64,000 nucleotides of DNA from an uncultured Fibrobacteraceae bacterium (GTDB lineage Bacteria > Krumholzibacteriota > Krumholzibacteriia > LZORAL124-64-63): the NCBI GenBank assembly GCA_964384825.1, contig CAYLMM010000001.1:38552-102551 (forward strand), read 5' to 3'. Of the stretch, positions 46,149 to 55,974 are shown in pieces. The notes under the pieces are model-generated. The model did not search any database and had not been told where the DNA came from. It saw nothing but the letters and a program-made list of their open reading frames with translations. A program made the translations under genes and the position numbers. Position 1 is the first letter of the stretch; each line of letters opens with the position of its first letter.

Positions 46149-48862
46149 TCCTTGACGGGCTTGCCGTCGGCGTCTTCGCCTACGACGGCCCCGACCAGCT
46201 CGGGTTCGTCCTCGTCCAGGACTCCCGCGAGTACGGCCTCGGTATTCAGTTCTCCGTTGACCACGATCCCGGCCTCCGTCTCGTCCTCCTCGAAGTCGGA
46301 GGGCGTGTAGCCGAGAGCCGCCGGGTTCAGGGTGCGGTCCTTCTGCAGATTGGCGATCCGAGCCCGGTACTTGCGCGCCTCGGCGGCGAAGGCCTCGGCG
46401 CAGACGGGGCAGTACTGCGAGCCCGCCCGGTCCTTGATCTCGACCAGCGCGTCGTTCAGGCTGATCGCGCGCCGGTAGGGCCGCCCCTGCAGCATGGCGT
46501 TGAGGCTGTCGACCAGCACCAGCAGCCGGGATCCGACCGGGATCTCCTCGCCCTTCAGACCGTCCGGATATCCCGAGCCGTCATAGTGCTCGTGATGGTG
46601 CAGGATGACCCGGCGCACGTCGGCCGAGGCGTCCAGCGGGGCCACCATCTCCAGGCTCCGCGAGACGTGCTGCTTGATGGTCTCCCATTCCTCGTGGATC
46701 AGCGGCGTCGTCTTGTAGAGGATGGCGTCGGGCACGCCGGACAGGCCCAGATCGTAATGCTGCAGCGCGAAGGCCAGGTTCGCCAGGTCGGCGCGCGACA
46801 TCCCCATCTTCTGGGCCGCGCCGACGCAGATCTCGTGGGTGATCTCGGTCAGCCGGTCGTGGCGCGCGCGGCGGACGGCGACGCCCGTGCGCAGCGATTC
46901 GCGCAGGGACGCGTATTCGCGGTTGCGCCGCTGGTAGGCCGCGGTCCGGAAGAGCATCGTGCCCAGGCGCTCGGAAAGCGATTCGAGCAGCAGCTGGTCC
47001 CGGGCCGAGAAGGGCCGGCCGTCGAGACGGTTGTTGACGTTGACCACGCCCAGGATCTCGTCGTTGTAGCGGATCGGCACGCTCAGCAGGGAACCGGTCG
47101 CGTAGCGGTCGCGCGCCGGATCGCGTTCGACGCGGTCGTCCTGATCCATGTCGCTGACCAGCAGGGTCTCGCCGGTCTGCCAGACCTTGCCCGCGACCCC
47201 CTGTCCGCGGCGGACGCTGGTGCGCTGGACGACTCCGTCCTCGAGGCCCATCGCCGCCTCGATCACCAGATGCTCGAGATCGGAATCGGGCACCATCAGC
47301 GAGACGATCCGCACGCGCATCAGCTCGCCGATCCAGTGGATCAGCTTGCCGGCGAACTCCTGCGGCTCGGTGAAGGCGGGCAGCTTCTCGTTGCGGGTCG
47401 AGCGGTGGACCACGCCGTGGCGGCGGGGCAGCACGACGTTGAAACGCATTCCGTGCGGCTGGACGCTCTCGCCCCAGATCCGGCCGCCGTGCCGCGTCAC
47501 GATGTCGCGGCAGAGGGCCAGTCCGATCCCCTGGCCGCCGTGCTGGCGCGTCGAGGAGCTGTCGACCTGGTAGAAGCGGTCGAAGATGTAGGCCATCTTG
47601 TTGGCCGGAATACCCGAACCGGTATCCTCGACGCAGATCCGCACCGAGGAGATCCCGTCCATCAGCGAGAGGCGGACCTCGCCGCCCGACGGGGTGAACT
47701 TCAGGGCGTTGTCCAGCAGGTGCCGGATGAGCTGGCGGACCAGATCGGGATCCACCGAGAGGCGGATCTCCTCGCGGTCCACCGTGACGGCGAACTTGAT
47801 GCCCCTCGCCTCGGCCTGGCTGCGGCCGCTGGCCTCGATGCCGCGGGCCAGCGCCACCAGATCGGTCTGGTGCCGGTTGAGGGTCACCTGCTCGGCCTCC
47901 ATGCGCGACAGATCCAGCAGGTTGTCGATGATCACCGCCAGCTTCTCGCTCTCCTGGTGGATGACCTCGAGGAACTCGGTCGAGGTGTCGCCGTCCAGAT
48001 GGCCCCGGCAGAGGGCCTCGGTGTAGGCCTTGATCGAGGTCAGCGGGGTGCGCAGCTCGTGGCTGACGTTGGCCACGAAATCGCTCTTCATGTCGTTGAG
48101 CTGCTGCGACTGCTTGGCGGCGCGCGAAAGCTCGGCGTTCTGCTCGTGCAGCTGGGCGTTGAGCTCGGCCGACGAGATGGCCGTGGCGGCCTGGCTGGCG
48201 AAGAGCTCGAGCTGGCGGATGACCTCGAGCGAAGGGATCTTGCGGTCGATCGGATCGTCGACGCTGAGATAGCCCACCACTTCGCCGTCGAGCGAGGTCA
48301 GGGGCACGATCAGCATGTCCTGCTCGGTCCATTCACCCTCGTCGCGTTCGCCCAGGTCGGGCTCGTAGGCGCCCTGCGCCGCCTCTTCCCATTCCTCGTC
48401 CAGGTGGGTGACCAGGTAACTGTCCGACACGCGGCATCTGGGCGGCGTGATCCTCTGGAAATCCTCCTGGGTGACCGGTTTGCCGGCCAGGTGGATCTGG
48501 CCCTCCTCGTCGATCCCCGCGAAGGCGCGGGCCTCGAAGATGCCGGTCTTGGGGTCGAAGATGCGCAGCAGCACCATGCGGAAACCCAGCGATTGCCTCA
48601 CCTCGTCCACGATGTCGTCCAGAAGCTGGCTCGTGCTCCGGGTGGCGTGGATCCGGGCGGCGATCTGCAGCAGCCGTTCGAGATTCGAGGCGCGTTTCCG
48701 GCGCCGCGATTCGTCCCGCTTGATCTCGGACCGCTCCCGGCGCCAGCGCAGGATCATGATTCCGGCGCCCGCCAGCAGCGCGAGCGAGGCCAGCAATCCC
48801 TGTTCGGCATAGGGGATCCCGATGGCTGCGGGCATCCCGGCGATGATGGTGGCTACGAACAT
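46145..48862 (-). CDS. Hybrid sensor: TM-GAF-HisKA-HATPase_c-GAF-HD-GYP
   Basis: H-box VSHELRTPL, G-boxes DTGSGI and GGQGIGL, and a C-terminal HHHEHYDGSGYP (HD-GYP signature). There is an N-terminal TM segment and two GAF-like regions. Its stop overlaps the downstream REC ATG. Confidence 0.8.
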   Translation of the reverse strand: MFVATIIAGMPAAIGIPYAEQGLLASLALLAGAGIMILRWRRERSEIKRDESRRRKRASNLERLLQIAARIHATRSTSQLLDDIVDEVRQSLGFRMVLLRIFDPKTGIFEARAFAGIDEEGQIHLAGKPVTQEDFQRITPPRCRVSDSYLVTHLDEEWEEAAQGAYEPDLGERDEGEWTEQDMLIVPLTSLDGEVVGYLSVDDPIDRKIPSLEVIRQLELFASQAATAISSAELNAQLHEQNAELSRAAKQSQQLNDMKSDFVANVSHELRTPLTSIKAYTEALCRGHLDGDTSTEFLEVIHQESEKLAVIIDNLLDLSRMEAEQVTLNRHQTDLVALARGIEASGRSQAEARGIKFAVTVDREEIRLSVDPDLVRQLIRHLLDNALKFTPSGGEVRLSLMDGISSVRICVEDTGSGIPANKMAYIFDRFYQVDSSSTRQHGGQGIGLALCRDIVTRHGGRIWGESVQPHGMRFNVVLPRRHGVVHRSTRNEKLPAFTEPQEFAGKLIHWIGELMRVRIVSLMVPDSDLEHLVIEAAMGLEDGVVQRTSVRRGQGVAGKVWQTGETLLVSDMDQDDRVERDPARDRYATGSLLSVPIRYNDEILGVVNVNNRLDGRPFSARDQLLLESLSERLGTMLFRTAAYQRRNREYASLRESLRTGVAVRRARHDRLTEITHEICVGAAQKMGMSRADLANLAFALQHYDLGLSGVPDAILYKTTPLIHEEWETIKQHVSRSLEMVAPLDASADVRRVILHHHEHYDGSGYPDGLKGEEIPVGSRLLVLVDSLNAMLQGRPYRRAISLNDALVEIKDRAGSQYCPVCAEAFAAEARKYRARIANLQKDRTLNPAALGYTPSDFEEDETEAGIVVNGELNTEAVLAGVLDEDEPELVGAVVGEDADGKPVKE

Positions 48863-48880
48863 CGTTCTCCGCCTTGCTTT

Positions 48881-49267
48881 CTAATGCAGTCCCGTTCTCA
48901 CCTCGAGCAGTTCCCGGACCTGCTCGACCAGGTGGGATATGACGAACGGCTTCGTGACGTACAGATCGGCCCCGGCCTTGCGCATGTCCTCCCGCACGGA
49001 ATGATCCGCCCGGGCGGAAAGCGCGATGATCAGGGTGTCGGCGTAGTCCCGGTTCCAGCGGATCAGCCGGGTGGCGTCGATGCCGTCCAGCTTCGGCATC
49101 ATCACGTCCATGATGATGACGTCCGGCAGGAAGGTCGCGACCTTGTTCATGCAGTCGATTCCGTCGCCTGCCGACGCGACGACGAATCCCTCGTCCCTGA
49201 ATGTCCGGACGAGCAGCGAAACCAGCGGCCTCTCGTCCTCGACGACCAGAACGCGAATCTTCTCCAT
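48881..49267 (-). CDS. Response regulator receiver (stand-alone REC)
   Basis: MEKIRVLVVEDE...DVIIMDVMMPKLDG...TKPF. Confidence 0.8.
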   Translation of the reverse strand: MEKIRVLVVEDERPLVSLLVRTFRDEGFVVASAGDGIDCMNKVATFLPDVIIMDVMMPKLDGIDATRLIRWNRDYADTLIIALSARADHSVREDMRKAGADLYVTKPFVISHLVEQVRELLEVRTGLH

Positions 49268-49278
49268 CCTGCTCCTGT

Positions 49279-50283
49279 CTAGACGGCGCAATTGCCCTTG
49301 TCCGGGTCCACGGCGCCCGTCGGCTGCTGGCCCTGGACCTGGCTGCGGCGGTCATGGACGACAACGCTGCCGGCGAGGGACTTGCCGTATTTCTTGAGTT
49401 CCGCCATGACCGCGTTGATGCTGCCGACGTGTCCGAAGCGGCCCGCGGTGTCGATGATCACCGCGATGGTCACCGAGACCGGGGGGAACTTCTTCAGCGA
49501 ATCCGCGCGGTCGGGGATCTCGATGTAGCCGCGCTCCCAGTCCTCGGGTTCGTAGAGGAAGCGGATGCTCTCGTCGAACCTGTTCTTCATGGTCTCGGCC
49601 AGTTCCATCGCCTCGTCCTCCGAGACGATGACCACGAAATCGTCGCCGCCGACGTGCCCCACGAAGGATTCGGCGGAGTCCCGTTCCTCGACCACCGCGG
49701 CGATGCATTCGGCCAGCAACGCGATGACCCTGTCGCCGCGGGAATATCCGTAGTAGTCGTTGTAGGCCTTGAAGTTGTCGAGATCCAGGTAGAGGTATCC
49801 GAAGGATTCCCCGTCCTCCAGACGCTTCTCAAGCTCCCTTGTGATGGCGCGGTTGCCGGGCAGGCCGGTCAAGGGGTTGGCGTCGCGCTGGCTGCGGCTC
49901 AGCTGCAGCATGTTGCGCACCCGGAGCATCAGCTCGTCGGGAACGAAGGGCTTGGTCAGGTAGTCGTTGGCCCCCTCCTGGAGACCGCGGACCCGCTGCG
50001 GGGTGTCGCCGCGTGCGGTGAGCATGATCACCGGCAGCGTCCTGGTCCGAATCTGGCCGCGGATGCGCTCGAGGACCGAGAATCCGTCCAGTCCGGGCAT
50101 CATGACATCCAGCATCACCAGGTCGGGGTCGTTGGTCTTGAGCCACTCCAGGGCTTCCTCGCCGTCCTGGGCGACCTGCACCCTAAATCCTTCTTTTTCA
50201 AGCATATAACTTAGGATTGTACGGATCGGCGGTTCGTCGTCGACGATCAGGATCAGCTCGCCATCGAACATTGCGGTCTCCAT
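49279..50283 (-). CDS. Response regulator with a C-terminal GGDEF-family domain (motif reads GGDDF)
   Basis: The REC domain reads LILIVDDEPPIR...DLVMLDVMMPGLDG...TKPF. It is followed by a GGDEF domain with LYLDLDNFKAYND and HVGGDDFVV. Confidence 0.8.
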   Translation of the reverse strand: METAMFDGELILIVDDEPPIRTILSYMLEKEGFRVQVAQDGEEALEWLKTNDPDLVMLDVMMPGLDGFSVLERIRGQIRTRTLPVIMLTARGDTPQRVRGLQEGANDYLTKPFVPDELMLRVRNMLQLSRSQRDANPLTGLPGNRAITRELEKRLEDGESFGYLYLDLDNFKAYNDYYGYSRGDRVIALLAECIAAVVEERDSAESFVGHVGGDDFVVIVSEDEAMELAETMKNRFDESIRFLYEPEDWERGYIEIPDRADSLKKFPPVSVTIAVIIDTAGRFGHVGSINAVMAELKKYGKSLAGSVVVHDRRSQVQGQQPTGAVDPDKGNCAV

Positions 50284-50399
50284 GCATTGTGAGACATACC
50301 GAGCCGGAATGACCCCGGCGCGGCGCCAACTTGCAATCCCCATGCCATGTACGGAACGATGAGATACGGTGAGGAACGACGGGAAGGCGATTCCGGGGA

Positions 50400-51410
50400 T
50401 CAGCGCCAGGAAGCGATGGGACGGCGCGCGAAGCTGTCCAGGGACAAGGCGTCGCGGCATCCGGCGGCCAGCCGCGCCCAGCCGGCGTAGGCGATCATGG
50501 CCGCGTTGTCGGTGCAGTATGCGATTTCCGGCGGGCGGAAGTGCACGCCCAGCCGGTCGGCGACCGCGGCGGTCCGGGACCGCAGGAAGCTGTTGGCCGC
50601 CACGCCGCCGGCCAGATAGACCGCGCGCACCCGGTGCTTGCGGGCCGCCTGCTCAAGCCGGGTGGTCAGGACATCGGCCACCGCCTCGTTCAGTTCGAGG
50701 GCGACGTCGGCAACGTCCTGCGGATCGAAGGGGCGGGACAGCTGCTCGACCTGCAGGCGCACGGCCGTCTTCAGGCCGCTGAAGCTGAAGACCACCCGCG
50801 GATCGCGGATCAGAGGACGGGGGAAATGGAAGCGTCCGGGTCGGCCGTCGGCCGCCAGCCGGTCCAGGACCGGCCCGCCGGGATACGGCAGGCCGAGGAT
50901 CTGGGCGGACTTGTCGAAGGCCTCGCCGGCCGCGTCGTCCAGGGTGCCGCCGAGCCGTTCGTAGCGGCCCACCTCGCTCATCAGGACGACCTCGCTGTGG
51001 CCGCCGGAAACCACCAGCACCGCCGCGGGGAAGATCATCTCGCCGCTCAGGGCGTTGGCCAGGATATGACCCTCGATGTGATGGACGCCGGCCATCGGGA
51101 TGTCCGCCGCGAAGCAGATCGCCTTGGCGGTCGACAATCCCACCAGCAGGGCGCCGATCAGGCCCGGGCCCGCGGTCACGCCCACCCCGTCGAGATCCCG
51201 GATGCCCATGCCGCGCCTTTCGAGCATGACGTCGACCAGAGGCAGCAGGTTCACCAGATGGGCGCGCGAAGCGAGCTCGGGCACCACGCCGCCGAAATGG
51301 GCGTGCAGATCGATCTGGCTGGAAACCAGGTTCTCGAGGATGCCCCGTTCGGAGTCGTAGAGGGCGACCGAAGTGTCGTCGCAGGATGTCTCGATGCCCA
51401 GGACCTTCAA
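50400..51410 (-). CDS. tsaD: tRNA N6-adenosine threonylcarbamoyltransferase TsaD
   Basis: LKVLGIETSCDDTSVAL...GVHHIEGH, the Kae1/TsaD metal-binding HxxxH...H pattern. No in-frame ATG or GTG lies upstream, so the start is inferred to be TTG overlapping the nnr stop (TTGA). Confidence 0.82.
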   Translation of the reverse strand: MKVLGIETSCDDTSVALYDSERGILENLVSSQIDLHAHFGGVVPELASRAHLVNLLPLVDVMLERRGMGIRDLDGVGVTAGPGLIGALLVGLSTAKAICFAADIPMAGVHHIEGHILANALSGEMIFPAAVLVVSGGHSEVVLMSEVGRYERLGGTLDDAAGEAFDKSAQILGLPYPGGPVLDRLAADGRPGRFHFPRPLIRDPRVVFSFSGLKTAVRLQVEQLSRPFDPQDVADVALELNEAVADVLTTRLEQAARKHRVRAVYLAGGVAANSFLRSRTAAVADRLGVHFRPPEIAYCTDNAAMIAYAGWARLAAGCRDALSLDSFARRPIASWR

Positions 51411-52981
51411 CAGACGCCTCCGGGAACGAGGTGGGCCTCGATCTCGGCGAAGGCCTCGCCGAGGCGGCGGGCCACGTCGCCGGCCCGGACCACGCGGCGA
51501 GAGCCCAGATCCGAGGCGGCCAGGCATCCGGCCCGGCCGTGCAGGCGGCAGCCGAGCAGGGCGGCGTCGCGCGCCGAGCACCCCTGACCCAGCAGGCCGC
51601 CGATCAGTCCGGTCAGCACGTCGCCGGTCCCCCCGTGGGCCAGCGCGTCGTGGCCGCAGGGGTTGATGGTCGCCGAACCGTCGGGAAGGCCGATCACCGT
51701 GGGCGATCCCTTCGAGACCAGGGTCGCTCCCCAGCGGGCCGCCAGTTCGGGCACGATTTCCAGGCGGCGTTCGGCCAGGACGGCGGTGTCCATGTCGGCC
51801 AGGCGCGCCAGCTCGCCCGCGTGGGGCGTGAGAACGACATGTTCGGAAGCGAATTCCGGTTCGCGGCCGAGCCTGGCGAAGGCCGAGATGGCGTCGGCGT
51901 CGACGACCACCGGCAGCGAGACCTCGGCCAGCAGATCGGCGACGAAGGCGTCGGTCCGGGGATCCGAGCCCATGCCCGGTCCCACCGCCAGGGCGGATTC
52001 CCGGGTCAGCAACGCGGCGCGCGCCTCGCGGTCGAGCGGGATCAATCCCCCCTCCTCGCCGGTCGGCAGGGCGATCTGCGGCGCTTCGGGCAAGGCGGCC
52101 AGAACCGCCGTGGAATGCACGTCCGGCACGGCCATGGTGACCAGGCCGACGCCCGAAGCCAGGGCTCCCATCCCGGCCAGGATCGCGGCGCCGCCGTAAC
52201 GGCGGGATCCGGCCAGCACCAGGGTCGTGCCGCAATTGTACTTGTGCGCGTCGGTGGGACGCGGCGGCAGCAGGTCGGCGTAATCGGCCGGCAGCAGGAA
52301 TTCGATGCGGTCGGTGTGACGCTCGCAGGCCTCGATCGGGAACCCGATGTCGACGACCGAGAGGTCGCCCGTGAAATCGCGGCCCGGCGGCAGCAGCAGG
52401 CCGAGCTTCGGCAGTCCGACGGTGATCGTGACGTCGGCCTTCACGGCGATCGGATCGACGTCGCCGGTGTTGCCCGAGACACCGGACGGGATGTCGATGC
52501 TGACCACCGGCGCGGGACCGGCGTTGAAGACCCGGAAGAGCTCGGCGTGATGATCGCGCACCGGCGGCTGGATGCCGGTGCCGAAAACGGCGTCGACGAC
52601 CAGATCGGATTCCTCGCAGAACGATTCCCAGACCGGCGCCCACTGGTCGCGGGGCGGGATCACCACGTCGACCCCGCCGGGCAGGCGCTCGTGGTTGATG
52701 CGGCCCTCGTCCGACAGGCCGCCGGGTTCGGCCAGGAGCATGACGCTGACCGTGTAGCCCAGGCCGTCGAGCAACCGGGCCACGACCAGGCCGTCGCCGC
52801 CGTTGTTGCCCTTGCCGCAGCAGATCGCGACGCGGGCCGGCGGCTCGAGGCCGGGATGCAGGCGGATCAGCTCCCAGGTGATCTCGCGGCCGGCGGTCTC
52901 CATCAGGTCCAGACCCGGTACGCCGCCGTCGATGGTCTCGCGGTCGATGGCGCCCATCTGCTTGGCTGTGGCTACTCGCAT
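51407..52981 (-). CDS. nnr: Bifunctional NAD(P)H-hydrate repair enzyme Nnr (epimerase + ADP-dependent dehydratase, YjeF family)
   Basis: The YjeF-N half reads CCGKGNNGGDGLVVARLL. The YjeF-C, carbohydrate-kinase-like half reads GPGMG...DADAI...TPHAGE...GGTGDVLTG. Confidence 0.85.
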   Translation of the reverse strand: MRVATAKQMGAIDRETIDGGVPGLDLMETAGREITWELIRLHPGLEPPARVAICCGKGNNGGDGLVVARLLDGLGYTVSVMLLAEPGGLSDEGRINHERLPGGVDVVIPPRDQWAPVWESFCEESDLVVDAVFGTGIQPPVRDHHAELFRVFNAGPAPVVSIDIPSGVSGNTGDVDPIAVKADVTITVGLPKLGLLLPPGRDFTGDLSVVDIGFPIEACERHTDRIEFLLPADYADLLPPRPTDAHKYNCGTTLVLAGSRRYGGAAILAGMGALASGVGLVTMAVPDVHSTAVLAALPEAPQIALPTGEEGGLIPLDREARAALLTRESALAVGPGMGSDPRTDAFVADLLAEVSLPVVVDADAISAFARLGREPEFASEHVVLTPHAGELARLADMDTAVLAERRLEIVPELAARWGATLVSKGSPTVIGLPDGSATINPCGHDALAHGGTGDVLTGLIGGLLGQGCSARDAALLGCRLHGRAGCLAASDLGSRRVVRAGDVARRLGEAFAEIEAHLVPGGVC

Positions 52982-53724
52982 GGCTTCGCGACCCCCTTGT
53001 CTCCGTTGAGGCGATCCAGGACATCCAGCAGCTGCAGCAGATCGTCGATCTCGAATTCCGCGCCGGAATCTCCGTCGGCGCGATCGCGGTCGGCCGATTC
53101 GTAGGTATCGCCGTAGCGCGCGTAGACGGTGTGCAGGCCCGCGCCCGCCCCGCCGACGATGTCGCGTTCGGGCCAATCGCCCACCATCACCGCCTGGTCG
53201 GGGCGGACATCGAGACGCTCGAGCACCATCCGGAACGGCACCGGGCTGGGCTTCGAAGCGCCGGTGTCGTCGCGGGTCAGGACCACGTCGAAGACATGGT
53301 GGAGGCGCAGATTGCAGAGCCGCAGCCAGGCCTCGAAGCGGGGGGCGTCGCTGACCACGGCCAGCTTGTACCCTTCCTTCAGGAGGCGGTTCAGCGTCAG
53401 GGTGACGTGGGGGTAGGGCAGCAGGGACGCCTCGCGGGCACGGCGGTAGGCGATCACCGCGGCGGCCAGGATCTTGTCGTCGACCCGGCCGAGCTGCTCG
53501 TCGAGGAAGATGTTGAACACCCTCTGGTGCTCGATCCCCTTGTCCTGGTAGATCTCGTAGATCCGCTCGGTGACGTCGGCGGGGCTCAGGCAGAGCCCGG
53601 CGTCGATCATGGCGTCGGCGGCGGCGACGATGGCGTTGCGTTTGACCTGCATGAAGTCGGTCAGCGTGTTGTCGAGATCGAAGACCACGGCCTCGATCGT
53701 CCGTTCCGCGATATGTTTCGGCAT
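52972..53724 (-). CDS. HAD-superfamily hydrolase
   Basis: Motif I VVFDLDNTLTD, motif II VVSDAP, motif III/IV K...VGDWPERD. Confidence 0.7.
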   Translation of the reverse strand: MPKHIAERTIEAVVFDLDNTLTDFMQVKRNAIVAAADAMIDAGLCLSPADVTERIYEIYQDKGIEHQRVFNIFLDEQLGRVDDKILAAAVIAYRRAREASLLPYPHVTLTLNRLLKEGYKLAVVSDAPRFEAWLRLCNLRLHHVFDVVLTRDDTGASKPSPVPFRMVLERLDVRPDQAVMVGDWPERDIVGGAGAGLHTVYARYGDTYESADRDRADGDSGAEFEIDDLLQLLDVLDRLNGDKGVAKPCE

Positions 53725-53868
53725 CCGGAATCCTCCCCCCGGTCGCCCGACCGGTTCGTTGGGCATAGTAAGCGTTGCCGGCGGTCATGCCAAGGTCGGC
53801 GCTGGACAGCGGACGGCCGCTTTGCTAGAGAAGGGGGACCATTCACCCCATCGAAGGAACCGCGCCCC

Positions 53869-54672
53869 GTGGAAAACGAATCTCCCGCCCCCCGCAAGCC
53901 GCGCCGGTCTCCGACGATCCCCGAGTCCTGGAGCACGACGCGGATCATCCTGCTGTCGCTGGCTCTGCTCGGGATCTACGTGATCGGGCAGACGCTCGCC
54001 TTCGGATTCCTCGGACACATGTTCGCGGCGGTGGCCTGCGGCGGGCTGCTGGCCCTGGCCGCGGCCACGGCCGTTTCGCTCGGACGCGGCCTCTCGCCGG
54101 CGCGGGACTTCGGATTCGCATCGCCGGGGCTGATGCAGGCCGCGGCCGCAACGGTGGTCGCCCTGGCCGCGACGGCGCCCAGTTCGCTGCTGGCCGGCTG
54201 GTCCACCCGCATCCACCCCCCCGGGCCGGAATGGATCGAACTGTTCAACCGGCATCTGCCCCACGGCGCGCGGGATGTCGCGATCGCCTGCTTCGCCGCG
54301 ATCGTGGTGGTGCCGCTGATCGAGGAGCTGATCTTCCGGGGGCTGCTCTACCGGGCCTGCCGGCGGCATTGGGGGGTCTTCGCCGCCGCCGCGGTCTCGG
54401 CCCTGGTCTTCGCCCTGGTCCACGGCGAACCGTGGTACCTCTTCGGCCTGGTGGGGATCGGGACCGTCTTGGCTTTGGTCTACGAATTCTCCGGTTCGCT
54501 CGTGCTGGCGGTATGGACCCACGCCGTCTACAACGCCTTTTCCCTGGCGATGATCCTGCGCGAGGGCGGCATCGGCACGGAGCCGCAGACCGAGGATCCG
54601 TCGCTGCTGCTGGTCCTGCCCTCGCTGGCGCTGCTTGCCGTCGCCCTGCTCGCGCTGCGCCGCCGGAGCTGA
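53869..54672 (+). CDS. CPBP family intramembrane metalloprotease (CAAX protease-like)
   Basis: EELIFRGLLY and FALVHG motifs. Multiple TM helices. A GTG start at 53869 is inferred so that TM1 is included. Confidence 0.7.
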   Translation: MENESPAPRKPRRSPTIPESWSTTRIILLSLALLGIYVIGQTLAFGFLGHMFAAVACGGLLALAAATAVSLGRGLSPARDFGFASPGLMQAAAATVVALAATAPSSLLAGWSTRIHPPGPEWIELFNRHLPHGARDVAIACFAAIVVVPLIEELIFRGLLYRACRRHWGVFAAAAVSALVFALVHGEPWYLFGLVGIGTVLALVYEFSGSLVLAVWTHAVYNAFSLAMILREGGIGTEPQTEDPSLLLVLPSLALLAVALLALRRRS

Positions 54673-54678
54673 CCGGCC

Positions 54679-55974
54679 CTAGGTCTTCTGCGGCTTCGGA
54701 CGCGCGGCCGGGAAGAGGATGTTGTTCAGGATCAGCCGGTAACCCGGCGACGTCCGGTACAGATCCAGGTCGGTCGGCGGATCCCCCACCGCGTGCTGGT
54801 AATCCTCGGGATCGTGCCCCCCCAGGAAGGTGAAGGTGCCCCGGCCCCGCTTGCCGTGCAGGTAGCGGATCTCGTCGGTGCCCTCGACCTGCGCCAGGAC
54901 CGTCACCGACCGCTTCAGGAAACGCTCGTGGAACCCGGTCGTCTGGCCCATGAACCCGTCGATGACGTTGACGTGGCACTGGGTGAGCATCGTCGGCACC
55001 GGATCGTGCTTGGCGGCGAAGGCGAACAGCGTGAAGTAGTCGGCCTCCGGTCCGCGGAGCCGGACGTAGTCGCTGGTGTCGATGTCGGAGAACTCGTAGA
55101 CCAGCGGATCGGTGACCAGCGTGAAGTCCCGGAAGGCGAAGGTCCGGCCGTCGTCGCGCCTGCTTTCGCGGTCGGGATCGAGACCGTCGCCGTCCATCTC
55201 GGTCGGCACGATGTCCGAGCCGAGATAGGCCAGCGCGATGTCGATGGTGTCGGTGGCCGAGCACATCGCGAACAGGAATCCCCCGTCCTCGACGTAGTCG
55301 CGGATCCGCAGGGCCACCGCATGCTTCATCCGCCACACGTCGGCGAATCCGAGCCGGCCCGCCAACTCCTGCTGCATCTTCTTCTGATCGAGATACCAGT
55401 CGGCGTTGCGGTAGGCGGCGTAGAACTTGCCGTACTGGCCCGTGAAATCCTCGTGATGCAGATGCAGCCAGTCGTAACCCGCGAGGCGGCCCGCGAGCAC
55501 CTCGGCGTCGAAGACCAGGTCGTAGGGGATCTCGGCGTAGGTCAGCGCCAGGGTGACCGCGTCGTCCCAGGGCTGGAATCCGGGCGGCGCGTAGACCGCG
55601 ATGCGGGGCGGCTTCTCGAGCAGGACCTCTTCCATGTTCCCCGCGCCGATCGATTCCCGGATGCCCGCGGTCTCGGCGTCGCCCACGATCTCGAAATCCA
55701 CTCCCCGCAGCCTCGCCGCCAGCCTGGTCCGCGGGGCGTCCGCGAAAAGGAAGGCGCCGCCGCGATAGTTCAGCAGCCAGCTCACCGCCGCGCCTTGCTG
55801 CAATTCGCCGAAGGCCAGCCCGTATGCCTTCAGATGGTTGGACTGGCTCAGATCCATCGGCACCAGCAGGCTGTCCGCGCGCGCGGTCGCGGCGGCGGCC
55901 AGCAGGATCAGGATCGCCGGGATCGTTGCGGCGGCCGGAAACCGGCGGCGATGCGCGCTGATCTTTCGATTCAC
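54679..55974 (-). CDS. Secreted hypothetical protein with a class-I glutamine-amidotransferase-like N-terminal half
   Basis: GTG start VNRKISAHRRRFPAAATIPAILILLAAAATA, a signal peptide. About 431 aa. The start overlaps the upstream gene stop (GTGA). Confidence 0.5.
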   Translation of the reverse strand: MNRKISAHRRRFPAAATIPAILILLAAAATARADSLLVPMDLSQSNHLKAYGLAFGELQQGAAVSWLLNYRGGAFLFADAPRTRLAARLRGVDFEIVGDAETAGIRESIGAGNMEEVLLEKPPRIAVYAPPGFQPWDDAVTLALTYAEIPYDLVFDAEVLAGRLAGYDWLHLHHEDFTGQYGKFYAAYRNADWYLDQKKMQQELAGRLGFADVWRMKHAVALRIRDYVEDGGFLFAMCSATDTIDIALAYLGSDIVPTEMDGDGLDPDRESRRDDGRTFAFRDFTLVTDPLVYEFSDIDTSDYVRLRGPEADYFTLFAFAAKHDPVPTMLTQCHVNVIDGFMGQTTGFHERFLKRSVTVLAQVEGTDEIRYLHGKRGRGTFTFLGGHDPEDYQHAVGDPPTDLDLYRTSPGYRLILNNILFPAARPKPQKT

